DNA of 64,000 nucleotides from an uncultured Verrucomicrobiae bacterium (GTDB taxonomy: Bacteria; Verrucomicrobiota; Verrucomicrobiia; Opitutales; JABDGR01), in the NCBI GenBank assembly GCA_963765205.1, contig CAVXVB010000009.1, positions 384,001-448,000 on the forward strand, written 5' to 3'. A program made the position numbers and the translations under genes. Positions 19,288 through 29,453 of the stretch are shown piece by piece. A model generated the notes under the pieces. It ran no database searches. It was not told the origin of the DNA and saw only the letters and a program-made list of their open reading frames with translations. The first letter of the stretch is position 1, and every line of letters starts with the position of its first letter.

Positions 19288-21027
19288 TCACTGCATCGGC
19301 AACGTCCCCGGCGGCAGCGGCACCCGCAGCAAATCATCCTCCTCCGGCAGCAACTCCGCCGGGTGGATGGCCCGCTCGATCTGGTTCGCCCGGTCCAGTT
19401 GCCCATTCGCCCGCAGCAACCCCTCGTAGACCGCGTTCCAATCATTCCTCTGGTCATGCGCATAAGGCAGCGGCCAGGTGCTCTGCGCCACGTCCCCCAA
19501 CGCCCCCAGCGCGTCCCCCGGTTTCCCCGCCTTGAGCAACCCCAGCGCCAGCGTGATGCGAAACGACAGATAATCCGGGTTTTTGGCCTGGAGGTCCCGC
19601 GCCGCGACAATCTTGTCCGGCCCCGTCTCCCCAAGCAAAAAACCGATGTAGAGCAAGTCATTCTGCACCACCGCGTCGTCGGGATAAAACCGCGCCATGT
19701 CTTCGAGCGTCTGCCGCAGCGCCTTGGTGTCGTGCGCGCGGTGTTCGAGCATGACGAGATCGTTGAAGGCGGAGCGCCGCAACTCGGGATTGCCCGTCAA
19801 CTGGACTAACGCCGGCCGCGCGACCTCATCGAGCCCGCTCTTCACCGCGTATTCGGCGACGTCGAAGAGCTTCCTCGGTTGGTCGGCGACGTTGTTGAGA
19901 ATGGTCTTCCACGCCAGGTCGGCGTCCTTGGTGTCGCCCAGCGCCGTCAGCACGCGGGCCATAAAAAGCTGCTGCAGGTCGTTCGAGATGGGGAGCTTCG
20001 GCTGCTCGAGCAACGTCTGCAACGAGTTCCATTGGCCGAGGCCCGCCATCGCACCCGCGCGAATCAGGAACAGGTCCTGGCGCTTCATCGCCGTCTCCCC
20101 GTCCACGAGTTCGAGCACCGCCTCATTGCGATTCTGGCTGATGAGCCACCCGCCCACCGCGGCCAGCGCGTCGTCATCATTACCCGGGAACAAGTCGCGT
20201 GCGTCCTTGATCAGGCTGTTCTCGTCGGCGTTGGGCAGAAAGCTGCGCAACTTCAAGGCCATCAGCTTGTCGTCGCGCGTGGCCAGCGGGTGCTGCTGGA
20301 GCAAGTCGGCTAGTGGCGCGATGCCGTCCGGCGGCAGCGCCTGGGCGTTGGCGGCGAGGGCGCGCAAAGCCTGCAACCCCAAGTCGTCCGTGCGGTGGGC
20401 CAGCGCCTGCAAATGGTCCAGCCCTGCGGCGCGTTCCAGCGGGTCGCCGGACAGCTCGGCGGCGCGGGCGTAGTCGAGGTGCGCCTCCGGCGGCGCCTGG
20501 CCGGCGGCCAGCACTTTTTTGAAGTCGGCCAGCGCCTCGGGAATCTGGTTTTGCGACAGGCGGATTTTACCCTCGAGATACCAGGTGGCCGTGTTGTTCG
20601 GGTCGGCCTTTTGCAATTCGGCGAAATACTCGAGCGCGGCGGGAAAGTTCTGGGTGCCAATGGCAATCTCCACCACCTGGCGCAAATCGGCCAGGTCGTG
20701 CGAAACTTTCCAGACCCCGATCCAATAAGGCAGCGAGTCGGCCGGGCTGCCGATGAGCAGCACCCGGGCCTCCTGGCGCAGCATCCGCACGTCGTCCGGC
20801 CACAGCCGCAGCGCCGCGCCGGCCTTTTCCTGGGCGGTCGCGTAGTCCTTGGCTTGCAATGCCTGCTCCGACGCCTGCACCAGTTGCAGCGCGCGCCAAT
20901 GTTTGAACGCGTGGTAGGCCGGGCGGGCCGCCACGGCGCCGGCCGCCAGCAGCACCGCCAGCACCGTCAGGATGATATACCGTCGCTTGCGTGGGTTGGG
21001 CTCGTCGTAGTCCACGCGCCCCAGCAT
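19288..21027 (-). CDS. Membrane-anchored TPR-repeat protein
   Basis: N-terminal TM (RRYIILTVLAVLLAAG) then TPR-like helices (DPNNTATWYLEG, YPDDAVVQNDLLY). Confidence 0.82.
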   Translation of the reverse strand: MLGRVDYDEPNPRKRRYIILTVLAVLLAAGAVAARPAYHAFKHWRALQLVQASEQALQAKDYATAQEKAGAALRLWPDDVRMLRQEARVLLIGSPADSLPYWIGVWKVSHDLADLRQVVEIAIGTQNFPAALEYFAELQKADPNNTATWYLEGKIRLSQNQIPEALADFKKVLAAGQAPPEAHLDYARAAELSGDPLERAAGLDHLQALAHRTDDLGLQALRALAANAQALPPDGIAPLADLLQQHPLATRDDKLMALKLRSFLPNADENSLIKDARDLFPGNDDDALAAVGGWLISQNRNEAVLELVDGETAMKRQDLFLIRAGAMAGLGQWNSLQTLLEQPKLPISNDLQQLFMARVLTALGDTKDADLAWKTILNNVADQPRKLFDVAEYAVKSGLDEVARPALVQLTGNPELRRSAFNDLVMLEHRAHDTKALRQTLEDMARFYPDDAVVQNDLLYIGFLLGETGPDKIVAARDLQAKNPDYLSFRITLALGLLKAGKPGDALGALGDVAQSTWPLPYAHDQRNDWNAVYEGLLRANGQLDRANQIERAIHPAELLPEEDDLLRVPLPPGTLPMQ

Positions 21028-21128
21028 GACGCCCCCTCGCGCCCAACGCCATGCTATTTCGCGCCGCGGGCCGCCGCCGCACCGCGCTTGCGCTTGACCC
21101 CGGGCGCAAAAAACTCTAGGGTTCAACC

Positions 21129-21356
21129 ATGAAAATGACCAAGTCTACCCCCCTGTTGCTGCTCCTCGGAATGCTGCTGGCCGGCTGCTCGAGCACCGAT
21201 GCCAACGGCGTGAACATCACCCACGGCTCCATCTTCGATTTTTTGTGGACCGCGCCCGCCCCCGTCCCAGCCTCGCCGCTGGCGCCCGCGAATCCGGCCC
21301 CCACCCCGCAAGTTCCGGCCAACGCGCCGGTCGCGCAGCCCTTGGCGTCTAATTGA
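21129..21356 (+). CDS. Small Pro/Ala-rich lipoprotein
   Basis: MKMTKS-hydrophobic stretch-LAGC lipobox; TTGACC-17-TAGGGT promoter upstream. Confidence 0.7.
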   Translation: MKMTKSTPLLLLLGMLLAGCSSTDANGVNITHGSIFDFLWTAPAPVPASPLAPANPAPTPQVPANAPVAQPLASN

Positions 21357-21403
21357 AGGCAAATCGTTCAATCGTCCCGCCGCCCGCTATACCAAAACCA
21401 GCC

Positions 21404-21991
21404 TTATACTATTTTGCAGGCTTCGTCGAAGCCCAGGCGCGGAGCGCGGGGATGGAGTTTTGCCGGGTCGCCGTGGCCGAGGTTGCACAGGAAATTGGAC
21501 TTCACCGTCGTCCCGGCAAAGAACGCCGCGTCCACTTGGGCGTTGTCGAAGCCCGACATCGGGCCGCAATCGAGGCCCACCGCGCGCGCCGCCAGCATGA
21601 AATACCCGCCTTGCAGCGAGCTGTTGCGCAGCGCGATGTATTCCAAAACACTTTCCGGCAGGTCCTGGAACCACGCTTTCGCGTCCACGAACGGGAACAG
21701 CTTCGGCAACTGGTCGAAGAAATGAATGTCCATCCCGATGACGGCGGTGGCGGGCGCGGCCATCGTCTTGTCCACGTTGCCGGCGTGGAGGCAGGGCTTG
21801 AGTTTTTCCTTGGCTGCCTTCGATTTCACAAACACGACGCGCATGGGGCACATATTGGCCGAAGTCGGGCCGAGTTTGGCGAGTTCATAGGCCTGGTGCA
21901 GCAGCGCGTCGTCCACCGGTCGGCTTTGCCAGGCGGCGTGCGTGCGGGCGTTGCGGAAAATCAGATCGAGGGAGGAGTTGTCGGCGGGCAT
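21404..21991 (-). CDS. rutE: Malonic semialdehyde reductase (RutE-like nitroreductase)
   Basis: ARTH, GPTSANMCP, RNSSLQGGY, GLDCGPMSGFD, PRLGFDEAC. Confidence 0.9.
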   Translation of the reverse strand: MPADNSSLDLIFRNARTHAAWQSRPVDDALLHQAYELAKLGPTSANMCPMRVVFVKSKAAKEKLKPCLHAGNVDKTMAAPATAVIGMDIHFFDQLPKLFPFVDAKAWFQDLPESVLEYIALRNSSLQGGYFMLAARAVGLDCGPMSGFDNAQVDAAFFAGTTVKSNFLCNLGHGDPAKLHPRAPRLGFDEACKIV

Positions 21992-22000
21992 AAAGAAATT

Positions 22001-22150
22001 AGTTTTGGGTTTCGAGTTTCGGGTTTCGAGTTAAAGCGACCAAGGCTCGCGATGAAAACACCCACAAGCTTAACCAACAGTCGTCCGATTGGAAACCTAA
22101 AAAAGTCAATTCCAGGCTAATTCGAAACTCGAAACCCGAAACTCGAAACT
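22001..22150. repeat. Inverted pair of heptamer tandem arrays, (RGTTTCG)n ... (CGAAACY)n
   Basis: Arrays at 22001-22032 and 22119-22150 around an 86-bp spacer. Confidence 0.8.
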
Positions 22151-22154
22151 AAAT

Positions 22155-23021
22155 TTAGTCAAACACGACCGTCTTGTTGCTGTGGACGAGGATGCGGTTC
22201 TCCAGGTGCCAGCGCACGGCCTGGGCGAGGACGACTTTTTCCAGATCGCGCCCGCGCCGGTGCAGGTCGTCCACGTTGTTGCGGTGGGAGACGTGGCTCA
22301 CGTCCTGCGCGATGATGGGGCCTTCGTCGAGCACGGGTGTGACGTAGTGCGCCGTCGCGCCGATGAGCTTGACGCCCCGCGCGTGGGCCTGGTGGTAGGG
22401 CTTCGCCCCGGCGAAGGCGGGCAGGAAGCTGTGGTGGATGTTGATGATCGGAAAATCGCGCGCGGCCAGAAACGCCGGGCTTAAAATCTGCATGTAGCGC
22501 GCGAGCACCGCGAGGCCGACGCCGTGTTCGCGCAGGATTTTCAACTGCTGCTTTTCGACCGCGGCCTTCGTCTTGGGCGTGATCGGCGTGAGGAAGAACG
22601 GCAGGCCGTAGGTCTTCGCGCTGTCGGCCAGGTCGGGATGGTTGGCGATGACGCAGGCCAGCTCGCCGCGCATTTCGCCGGCGCGAAACCGCAGGATCAA
22701 GTCGTGGAAGCAATGGCCCGCCTTCGAGGCGAACACGGCCACGCGCGGCCGCGCGCTCGACGGCACGACCATCGCCGTCATGCCAAGTTTTTTCGCGGCG
22801 TAAGTTTGGAATTCGGCCGCCTCGGCGGCGGGGTCGGCGGACGCGGCGGGCAGCCATTCGATGCGCTGGAAAAAGATATTCGCGTCATCGTCGCAATGCT
22901 GGTCGGCATGGAGGATGTTGCCCCCGCGCTCGAAAATCCAGTTGGCCGTGCGCGCGACCAACCCGGGCCGGTCCGGGCCGGACAATAGCGCGGTGAGGCG
23001 AATGGGATGTTCTGCGGGCAT
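22155..23021 (-). CDS. purU: Formyltetrahydrofolate deformylase
   Basis: ACT domain (PDRPGLVA), LARYMQIL, INIHHSFLPAFAGAKPYHQA, NKTVVF. Confidence 0.96.
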   Translation of the reverse strand: MPAEHPIRLTALLSGPDRPGLVARTANWIFERGGNILHADQHCDDDANIFFQRIEWLPAASADPAAEAAEFQTYAAKKLGMTAMVVPSSARPRVAVFASKAGHCFHDLILRFRAGEMRGELACVIANHPDLADSAKTYGLPFFLTPITPKTKAAVEKQQLKILREHGVGLAVLARYMQILSPAFLAARDFPIINIHHSFLPAFAGAKPYHQAHARGVKLIGATAHYVTPVLDEGPIIAQDVSHVSHRNNVDDLHRRGRDLEKVVLAQAVRWHLENRILVHSNKTVVFD

Positions 23022-23128
23022 AAGCATGAGGTAGGGCGGCGAAGGCCATTTGGCAAGCCCGCATCGCCGGAGGGGTGGGGCGCGTTTTTACTTTCTCCCT
23101 CGTTTATTTTGCTGTATATTAACCCTTT

Positions 23129-25153
23129 ATGCCTGCTCCCGAAGAGTTGGGGTTTCTGCGCGTGGCGGTGGCCGCGCCGGAATTGCGCGTGGCCGACGTG
23201 GCGTTCAACGCCCGGGCCACGGCGGCCGCAATGCGCGCGCTGGTGGCCGAAGGCGTGCGCCTGGCGGTGTTTCCCGAACTGGGGCTGACGGGCTACACCT
23301 GCGCAGATTTGTTCTACCAGCCCACGCTGCGTCTCGCGGCCGCGCGGGCCGCGCGCGAACTGGCCGCGACCGCGCACGAGCTGGGTCTGATTACCGTGGT
23401 CGGCCTGCCGGTCGAGGCGGCGGGTCGCCTTTATAATTGCGCGGCGGTGCTGGCCGAGGGGCGCGTGTGGGGTCTCGCGCCGAAGAGCCACCTGCCCAAT
23501 TCCGGCGAGTATTACGAGCGCCGCTGGTTTTCGCCCGCGGCCACACTCGACACCGACCAGGCGGATGTCGCCGGGCAATGGGCGTGGATTTCGTCGCGGC
23601 ACATTTTGGGCGTGCGCGGGCCGCAGCCGTTCGCGCTGGGCGTGGAAATTTGCGAGGACTTGTGGGCGGTCGAGCCGCCGAGCGGGAAACTGGCGCTGGC
23701 GGGCGCGACGGTGCTCGTCAATTTGTCTGCGAGCAACGAGTTGCTGGGCAAGGCGGACTACCGGCGCGAGTTGGTGAAGCAGCAATCCGCGCGCTGCCTG
23801 GCGGCGTATTTATATGCTGCGGCGGGGCCGGGCGAATCGAGCACCGACCTGGTTTTTTCCGGCCATGGCCTCATCGCCGAGAACGGCGTCGTGCTGGCGG
23901 AGGCGGAGCGTTTTTCGTTCGCCGCGCGCGCGGCCATCGCGGATTTGGATTTGGGGCGCCTCACGATTGAGCGCCTCAAGAACAGCACGTTCGCGGGGAT
24001 GCGCCCGGCGGCCGACCAAAACATCGGCGAGGCGTGGATCGAGTTGCCGTCTGCGCCGGCGCTCGGGAAAAAATCGTCCGCGAAATTGCGCCGGCCCAAC
24101 CCGCCGCGGCCCTTCGTGCCCGCCGACGCGGTGCAACGCGCGGCCCATTGCGAGGAAATTTTCCAAATCCAATCCACTGGCCTGGCGACGCGGCTGCGCC
24201 ACACCGGCGCGCGCTCGGTGACCATCGGCTTGTCGGGCGGCCTGGATTCGACGCTGGCGCTGCTCGTTACGGCGCGCGCGTTCGACAAACTCGGCCTCGA
24301 CCGCCGCGGCATTCTGGCCGTCACCATGCCCGGCCCGGGCACGACGACGCGCACGCGCGGCAACGCGGAAAAACTCGCCGGCCTGCTCGGCGTGAAGTTG
24401 CGTGTCGTGCCCATCGCCAAAGCCGTCCACCAGCATTTTGCCGACATCGGGCATGATGCCGCAAAACACGATACCACCTACGAAAATGCGCAGGCGCGCG
24501 AACGCACGCAGATTTTGATGGACCTGGCGAACGAACACGGCGGCTTCGTCGTGGGCACGGGCGACTTGTCCGAGTTCGCGCTCGGCTGGTGTACGTTCAA
24601 CGGCGACCAGATGTCCATGTATCATGTCAACGCCGGCGTGCCGAAGACGCTGGTGCGGCATTTGATCGAGTGGTGCGCGGACAGCGTGTTCGAAGGCGCG
24701 GCCGCCGCCGTCTTGCGCGACGTGGCGGAGACGCCGGTGTCGGCTGAATTGCTGCCGACGGGCCGGCACGGCGAATTGCGCCAGAAGACCGAAGACACCA
24801 TCGGGCCGTATGACCTGCACGACTTTTTCCTGTTCCACACCGTGCGCGCACCGTCGCGCCCGGCCAAGGTGCTGTTGCTCGCGGAGCAGGCGTGGGCCGG
24901 CGTTTACTCCCGCGCTTTCATCGCGCGCTGGCTGGAAGTTTTCTACCGGCGCTTTTTTGCCAACCAGTTCAAGCGCTCGGCGATGCCCGACGGGCCGAAG
25001 GTCGGCTCGGTCGCGCTCTCCCCGCGCGGCGACTGGCGCATGCCCAGCGACGCCCGGCCCGACGCGTGGCTCGCCGAACTCGCCGCGGCGGTGGGAGGAA
25101 AAGAATCTTTTAACCACAAAAAACGCAAAGGACGCAAAAAACAGAATTCCTGA
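23129..25153 (+). CDS. nadE: Glutamine-dependent NAD+ synthetase
   Basis: Nitrilase domain ([16 protein letters not shown]) plus synthetase domain ([32 protein letters not shown]). Confidence 0.97.
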   Translation: MPAPEELGFLRVAVAAPELRVADVAFNARATAAAMRALVAEGVRLAVFPELGLTGYTCADLFYQPTLRLAAARAARELAATAHELGLITVVGLPVEAAGRLYNCAAVLAEGRVWGLAPKSHLPNSGEYYERRWFSPAATLDTDQADVAGQWAWISSRHILGVRGPQPFALGVEICEDLWAVEPPSGKLALAGATVLVNLSASNELLGKADYRRELVKQQSARCLAAYLYAAAGPGESSTDLVFSGHGLIAENGVVLAEAERFSFAARAAIADLDLGRLTIERLKNSTFAGMRPAADQNIGEAWIELPSAPALGKKSSAKLRRPNPPRPFVPADAVQRAAHCEEIFQIQSTGLATRLRHTGARSVTIGLSGGLDSTLALLVTARAFDKLGLDRRGILAVTMPGPGTTTRTRGNAEKLAGLLGVKLRVVPIAKAVHQHFADIGHDAAKHDTTYENAQARERTQILMDLANEHGGFVVGTGDLSEFALGWCTFNGDQMSMYHVNAGVPKTLVRHLIEWCADSVFEGAAAAVLRDVAETPVSAELLPTGRHGELRQKTEDTIGPYDLHDFFLFHTVRAPSRPAKVLLLAEQAWAGVYSRAFIARWLEVFYRRFFANQFKRSAMPDGPKVGSVALSPRGDWRMPSDARPDAWLAELAAAVGGKESFNHKKRKGRKKQNS

Positions 25154-25182
25154 TTTTGTGTCTTCTGCGTTTTTGTGGTTAA
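25110..25182. repeat. REP-like long inverted repeat overlapping the nadE 3' end
   Basis: TTAACCACAAAAAACGCAAAGGACGCAAAA (25110-25139) pairs with TTTTGTGTCTTCTGCGTTTTTGTGGTTAA (25154-25182). Confidence 0.75.
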
Positions 25183-25191
25183 TTTTTATCT

Positions 25192-25737
25192 ATGGCTCAC
25201 GCGGCCTTGTTTTTGGATCGGGATGGCACGCTCATCCGCCATGTGCATTATTTGCACGACCCGGCGGGGGTGGAGTTGTTGCCGGGCGTCGCGGCGGCGC
25301 TGGCGCGCGCGCGGGCGCTCGGTTATTTGCTCTTCCTGCACACGAACCAGTCCGGGGTGGGGCGGGGGATGTTCTTCCTGGAGCAGGCGCAGGCTTGCAA
25401 CCAGCGCATGATTGAATTGCTCGGGCTGGGTGCGGACGTGTTTGCAGGTATTTGCGTCGCGCCCGAAGCGCCGGGGCAGCCGGTGGCCTACCGCAAACCG
25501 TCACCGCGTTTTGCGCGGGAGATGGCGGCGCAGCACGGCCTCGATCTCGCGCGCTGCTGGATGGTGGGCGACTATCCCGCCGACGTGGAGGCGGCCTTCG
25601 CGGCGGGGATGCGGGCTGCGGCGCTGGCCGGCGGCCCCATCGGCGCGGAACAAATCGCTGCCTGGCGCAAGGCCGGCCGCGAGGTGATAATATATCCTTC
25701 GCTGGGCAATTTTGTGGATACTCTGAGCCAAGCCTGA
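25192..25737 (+). CDS. gmhB: HAD-IIIA phosphatase (heptose 1,7-bisphosphate phosphatase-like)
   Basis: FLDRDGTL, TNQSGVGRG, RKP, MVGD. Confidence 0.85.
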   Translation: MAHAALFLDRDGTLIRHVHYLHDPAGVELLPGVAAALARARALGYLLFLHTNQSGVGRGMFFLEQAQACNQRMIELLGLGADVFAGICVAPEAPGQPVAYRKPSPRFAREMAAQHGLDLARCWMVGDYPADVEAAFAAGMRAAALAGGPIGAEQIAAWRKAGREVIIYPSLGNFVDTLSQA

Positions 25738-25886
25738 GTTGTGTCCTTCCTAAACTTAGGGTGTCGAAATCAACGTTAGGGGTCAAAAAAAGCGGGATTA
25801 CCCTTCAAACCCCGATTTTGTTCATTTTTTCTTGAACAAACGGGGAACCCATGCCATGTTGAGGGTGTTTTAACCCCCTTTCGCCC

Positions 25887-26471
25887 ATGCGTCTTGCCCT
25901 GTTAGCGGGCCGTCGGAAGGCCCCTGCCGCCAATGGCCGCGTCGCCGCGGGACACCTTCCCGCGCCCAAACCGCCGGAAGGGCCGCTGGTCACCCGGCCG
26001 CTCAACGCCTCCGAGCGCGAGCTGGTGGATTGGTTTGTGGATTTCACGGCGTTGATGAGCCTGCCGGCGTCCGTCGGGGAGATTTACGGGTTGCTCTATT
26101 TGTCGGGCCGGGCGCTGCCGTTTGACAATTTTGTCGAGCGGCTCGGCATCAGCAAAGGCTCCGCGAGCCAGGGCCTCAAATTTTTGCGCGGCCTCGGCGC
26201 GGTGCGCGTCATCGCCGTCGTGGGCGAGCGCCGGGAGTTCTACGAGGCGGAAATCAGCCCGACGCGCCTGGTCGCCGGATTTTTGAAGGAAAAGGTGCAG
26301 CCACGCCTCAAGGAGAACGACGAGCGCCTGGCGCGCCTGAAAAAGGCGCTTCACGAGATGGAAGTGGTAGACCCGCTGCTGGCCGAACGCGTGCATCGCC
26401 TGCACGTGTGGAACCAGCGCGCGCGGCAGTTCCTGCCCGTGGTTTCCGGCCTCATCAAATTCCGCGCATGA
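25887..26471 (+). CDS. GbsR/MarR-family transcriptional regulator
   Basis: SVGEIYGLLY, LGISKGSASQGLKFL, GERREFYEAE; heads the polysaccharide cluster. Confidence 0.85.
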   Translation: MRLALLAGRRKAPAANGRVAAGHLPAPKPPEGPLVTRPLNASERELVDWFVDFTALMSLPASVGEIYGLLYLSGRALPFDNFVERLGISKGSASQGLKFLRGLGAVRVIAVVGERREFYEAEISPTRLVAGFLKEKVQPRLKENDERLARLKKALHEMEVVDPLLAERVHRLHVWNQRARQFLPVVSGLIKFRA

Positions 26472-26506
26472 AATACTTTTTCCCACGCTCTCACTTTTCC
26501 GCGACA

Positions 26507-26648
26507 CCGCCCGACGGCGGCTGAACGGCTTCCCGCGCGCCCATGACGGGCCGCCCCACATCCCGGCTGGCAGTAACGATTGGCTTCCGCGCAGGCGGTG
26601 CGGCCAAGGGCGGCAGCGTGGGCGCCGGTGAACGCCGTTGACGGGTGG
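26507..26648 (+). ncRNA. Putative structured cis-regulatory RNA containing a JUMPstart/ops-like motif
   Basis: Four nested helices found by eye; GCCAAGGGCGGCAGCGTG at 26603-26620. Confidence 0.5.
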
Positions 26649-26683
26649 CGGGCGGACGGATTAACCTCAACTCACCCCTACTT

Positions 26684-27619
<936 letters not shown>

Positions 27620-27635
27620 TGGACCAAGAAATTAC

Positions 27636-27667
27636 CCTCAGTGCCTTAGTGCCTCAGTCCCTTAGTC
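27636..27667. repeat. Four tandem octamers (CCTYAGTS)
   Basis: CCTCAGTG CCTTAGTG CCTCAGTC CCTTAGTC between uxs and ugd. Confidence 0.7.
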
Positions 27668-27680
27668 TCTTTCTTTATCT

Positions 27681-29051
27681 ATGAACATCTGCTGCATTGG
27701 CGCGGGCTACGTCGGCGGGCCGACCATGGCCATGATTGCCCACAAGTGTCCCTTTATCAAAGTCACCGTCGTGGACGTGGACGCGCGCCGCATCGCGGCC
27801 TGGAATCACGGCCCGCTGCCGGTTTTCGAGCCGGGCCTCGACGAGGTCGTGCGGCAGGCGCGCGGGCGCAACCTGTTTTTCTCGACCGAGATTGACGCCG
27901 CCATCCGCGAGGCGCAGATGGTTTTCATCTCCGTCAACACGCCGACGAAGATGTATGGCGTCGGCGCGGGCAAGGCGTCCGACCTGCAATATGTCGAGGC
28001 CTGCGCGCGGCGTATCGCGGCGGTCGCGCGCGACGACAAGATCGTCGTCGAAAAGTCCACGCTCCCCGTGCGCACGGCCGAGAGCGTCCGCGCGATTTTG
28101 GCCGCGCAGCGGGAAGGCCCGCGCTTCCAGGTGCTGTCGAACCCGGAATTTCTCGCCGAGGGCACGGCCGTGCGCGATTTGGAGAAGCCCGACCGCGTGC
28201 TCATCGGCGGCGACCCGTCGGCGGCCGGCCAGGCGGCGGTGCAGGCGCTGGTGGACGTTTACGCGCACTGGGTGCCCCGCGCGAAAATTTTGACCACCAA
28301 CCTTTGGAGTTCGGAATTGTCGAAGCTGACGGCCAACGCCTTCCTCGCGCAGCGCATCAGCAGCATCAATGCGATTTCCGCCCTCTGCGAGGCGACCGGC
28401 GCGGATGTGGACGAGGTCGCGCACGCCATCGGCACGGACTCGCGCATCGGCCCGAAATTTTTGAAGGCCTCGGTCGGCTTCGGCGGCTCGTGTTTCCAGA
28501 AGGACATCTTGAACCTCGTTTACCTCTGCGAGCATTACGGCCTCGATGAGGTGGCCAGCTATTGGGAGCAGGTGGTGAAGATGAACGACCACCAAAAGCG
28601 CCGCTTTACCCGGCGCATCGTGCGCAGCTTATATAATACCGTGGCCAACAAACGCCTCGCGCTGCTCGGGTTTGCGTTCAAAAAGGACACCAACGACACG
28701 CGCGAGTCGCCCGCGATTTACGTCTGCCAGGACCTGCTGGCCGAGCGCGCGAAAGTCGCGATTTACGACCCGCAGGTCACGGCGGAAAAGGTCTCCGCCG
28801 ACCTGGGCCTCAAGGACCTGGCCGCCGCCGGGGTGGAAGTTTGCGCCGACGCCTACGCCGCCGCGACCGGCGCGCACGCCCTCATCATCTGCACGGAATG
28901 GGACGAATTCAAGAACCTCGATTTCAGCCGCATCTACGAAGCGATGCACCGCCCCGCGTTTGTATTTGATGGGCGCAATGTGCTCGATTTGGCGGCGTTG
29001 CGGAAGATTGGCTTTACGGCGAGCGGGATTGGGAAGAGCAATGAGGAGTAA
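27681..29051 (+). CDS. ugd: UDP-glucose 6-dehydrogenase
   Basis: [39 protein letters not shown]. Confidence 0.96.
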   Translation: MNICCIGAGYVGGPTMAMIAHKCPFIKVTVVDVDARRIAAWNHGPLPVFEPGLDEVVRQARGRNLFFSTEIDAAIREAQMVFISVNTPTKMYGVGAGKASDLQYVEACARRIAAVARDDKIVVEKSTLPVRTAESVRAILAAQREGPRFQVLSNPEFLAEGTAVRDLEKPDRVLIGGDPSAAGQAAVQALVDVYAHWVPRAKILTTNLWSSELSKLTANAFLAQRISSINAISALCEATGADVDEVAHAIGTDSRIGPKFLKASVGFGGSCFQKDILNLVYLCEHYGLDEVASYWEQVVKMNDHQKRRFTRRIVRSLYNTVANKRLALLGFAFKKDTNDTRESPAIYVCQDLLAERAKVAIYDPQVTAEKVSADLGLKDLAAAGVEVCADAYAAATGAHALIICTEWDEFKNLDFSRIYEAMHRPAFVFDGRNVLDLAALRKIGFTASGIGKSNEE

Positions 29052-29063
29052 ATTATTTTTGAC

Positions 29064-29339
29064 ATGAATCAGTTAGCGCCAGAGCCAATTATGCGAGCCG
29101 CATTACGTGTGCTATTTATTGCATCTGTAACAACTCGAAACTGGACATTGAATGACGAGATTAGTCGAAAGCAAATTGATGATCTTTGGGAGGCGATTCA
29201 TGAGATACCTGATTTGCTAAGGCGTTGGAATTCTCCACTAGCGTCTGAAGCAGAGCTTTTGATGTATCTGCGGGAATACGATTCGAAATGGAAAAGCCCA
29301 AACCTTGAAGAAGTTTATAAACAGGCATTGAGTAACTAA
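29064..29339 (+). CDS. Low-GC hypothetical protein (91 aa)
   Basis: ATG ORF occupying the AT-rich patch between ugd and the gmd-like gene. Confidence 0.6.
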   Translation: MNQLAPEPIMRAALRVLFIASVTTRNWTLNDEISRKQIDDLWEAIHEIPDLLRRWNSPLASEAELLMYLREYDSKWKSPNLEEVYKQALSN

Positions 29340-29378
29340 TTCCCAAATTAATATGGGCATCTTGAAATGGATTGTTAT

Positions 29379-29432
29379 GGTAGGGACGGCTCTCCGAGCC
29401 GTCCGTGGACGCCTCGGAGAGGCGTCCTTACC
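29379..29432. repeat. GTAG-type REP doublet
   Basis: GGTAGGGACGGCTCTCCGAGCCGTCC and inverted GGACGCCTCGGAGAGGCGTCCTTACC, 2 nt apart. Confidence 0.75.
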
Positions 29433-29453
29433 TTGCATTCAGAGAGACATTCC

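Noticed and set aside
19230..19290. Pyrimidine-rich tract after the TPR gene (G-rich on the minus strand)
   Set aside because: Low-complexity sequence with no regular unit or supportable function
26507..26648. Identification of the structured element as SRP RNA, 6S RNA or a known riboswitch
   Set aside because: No SRP domain IV motif or riboswitch consensus recognisable by eye; an Rfam scan is needed to exclude these formally
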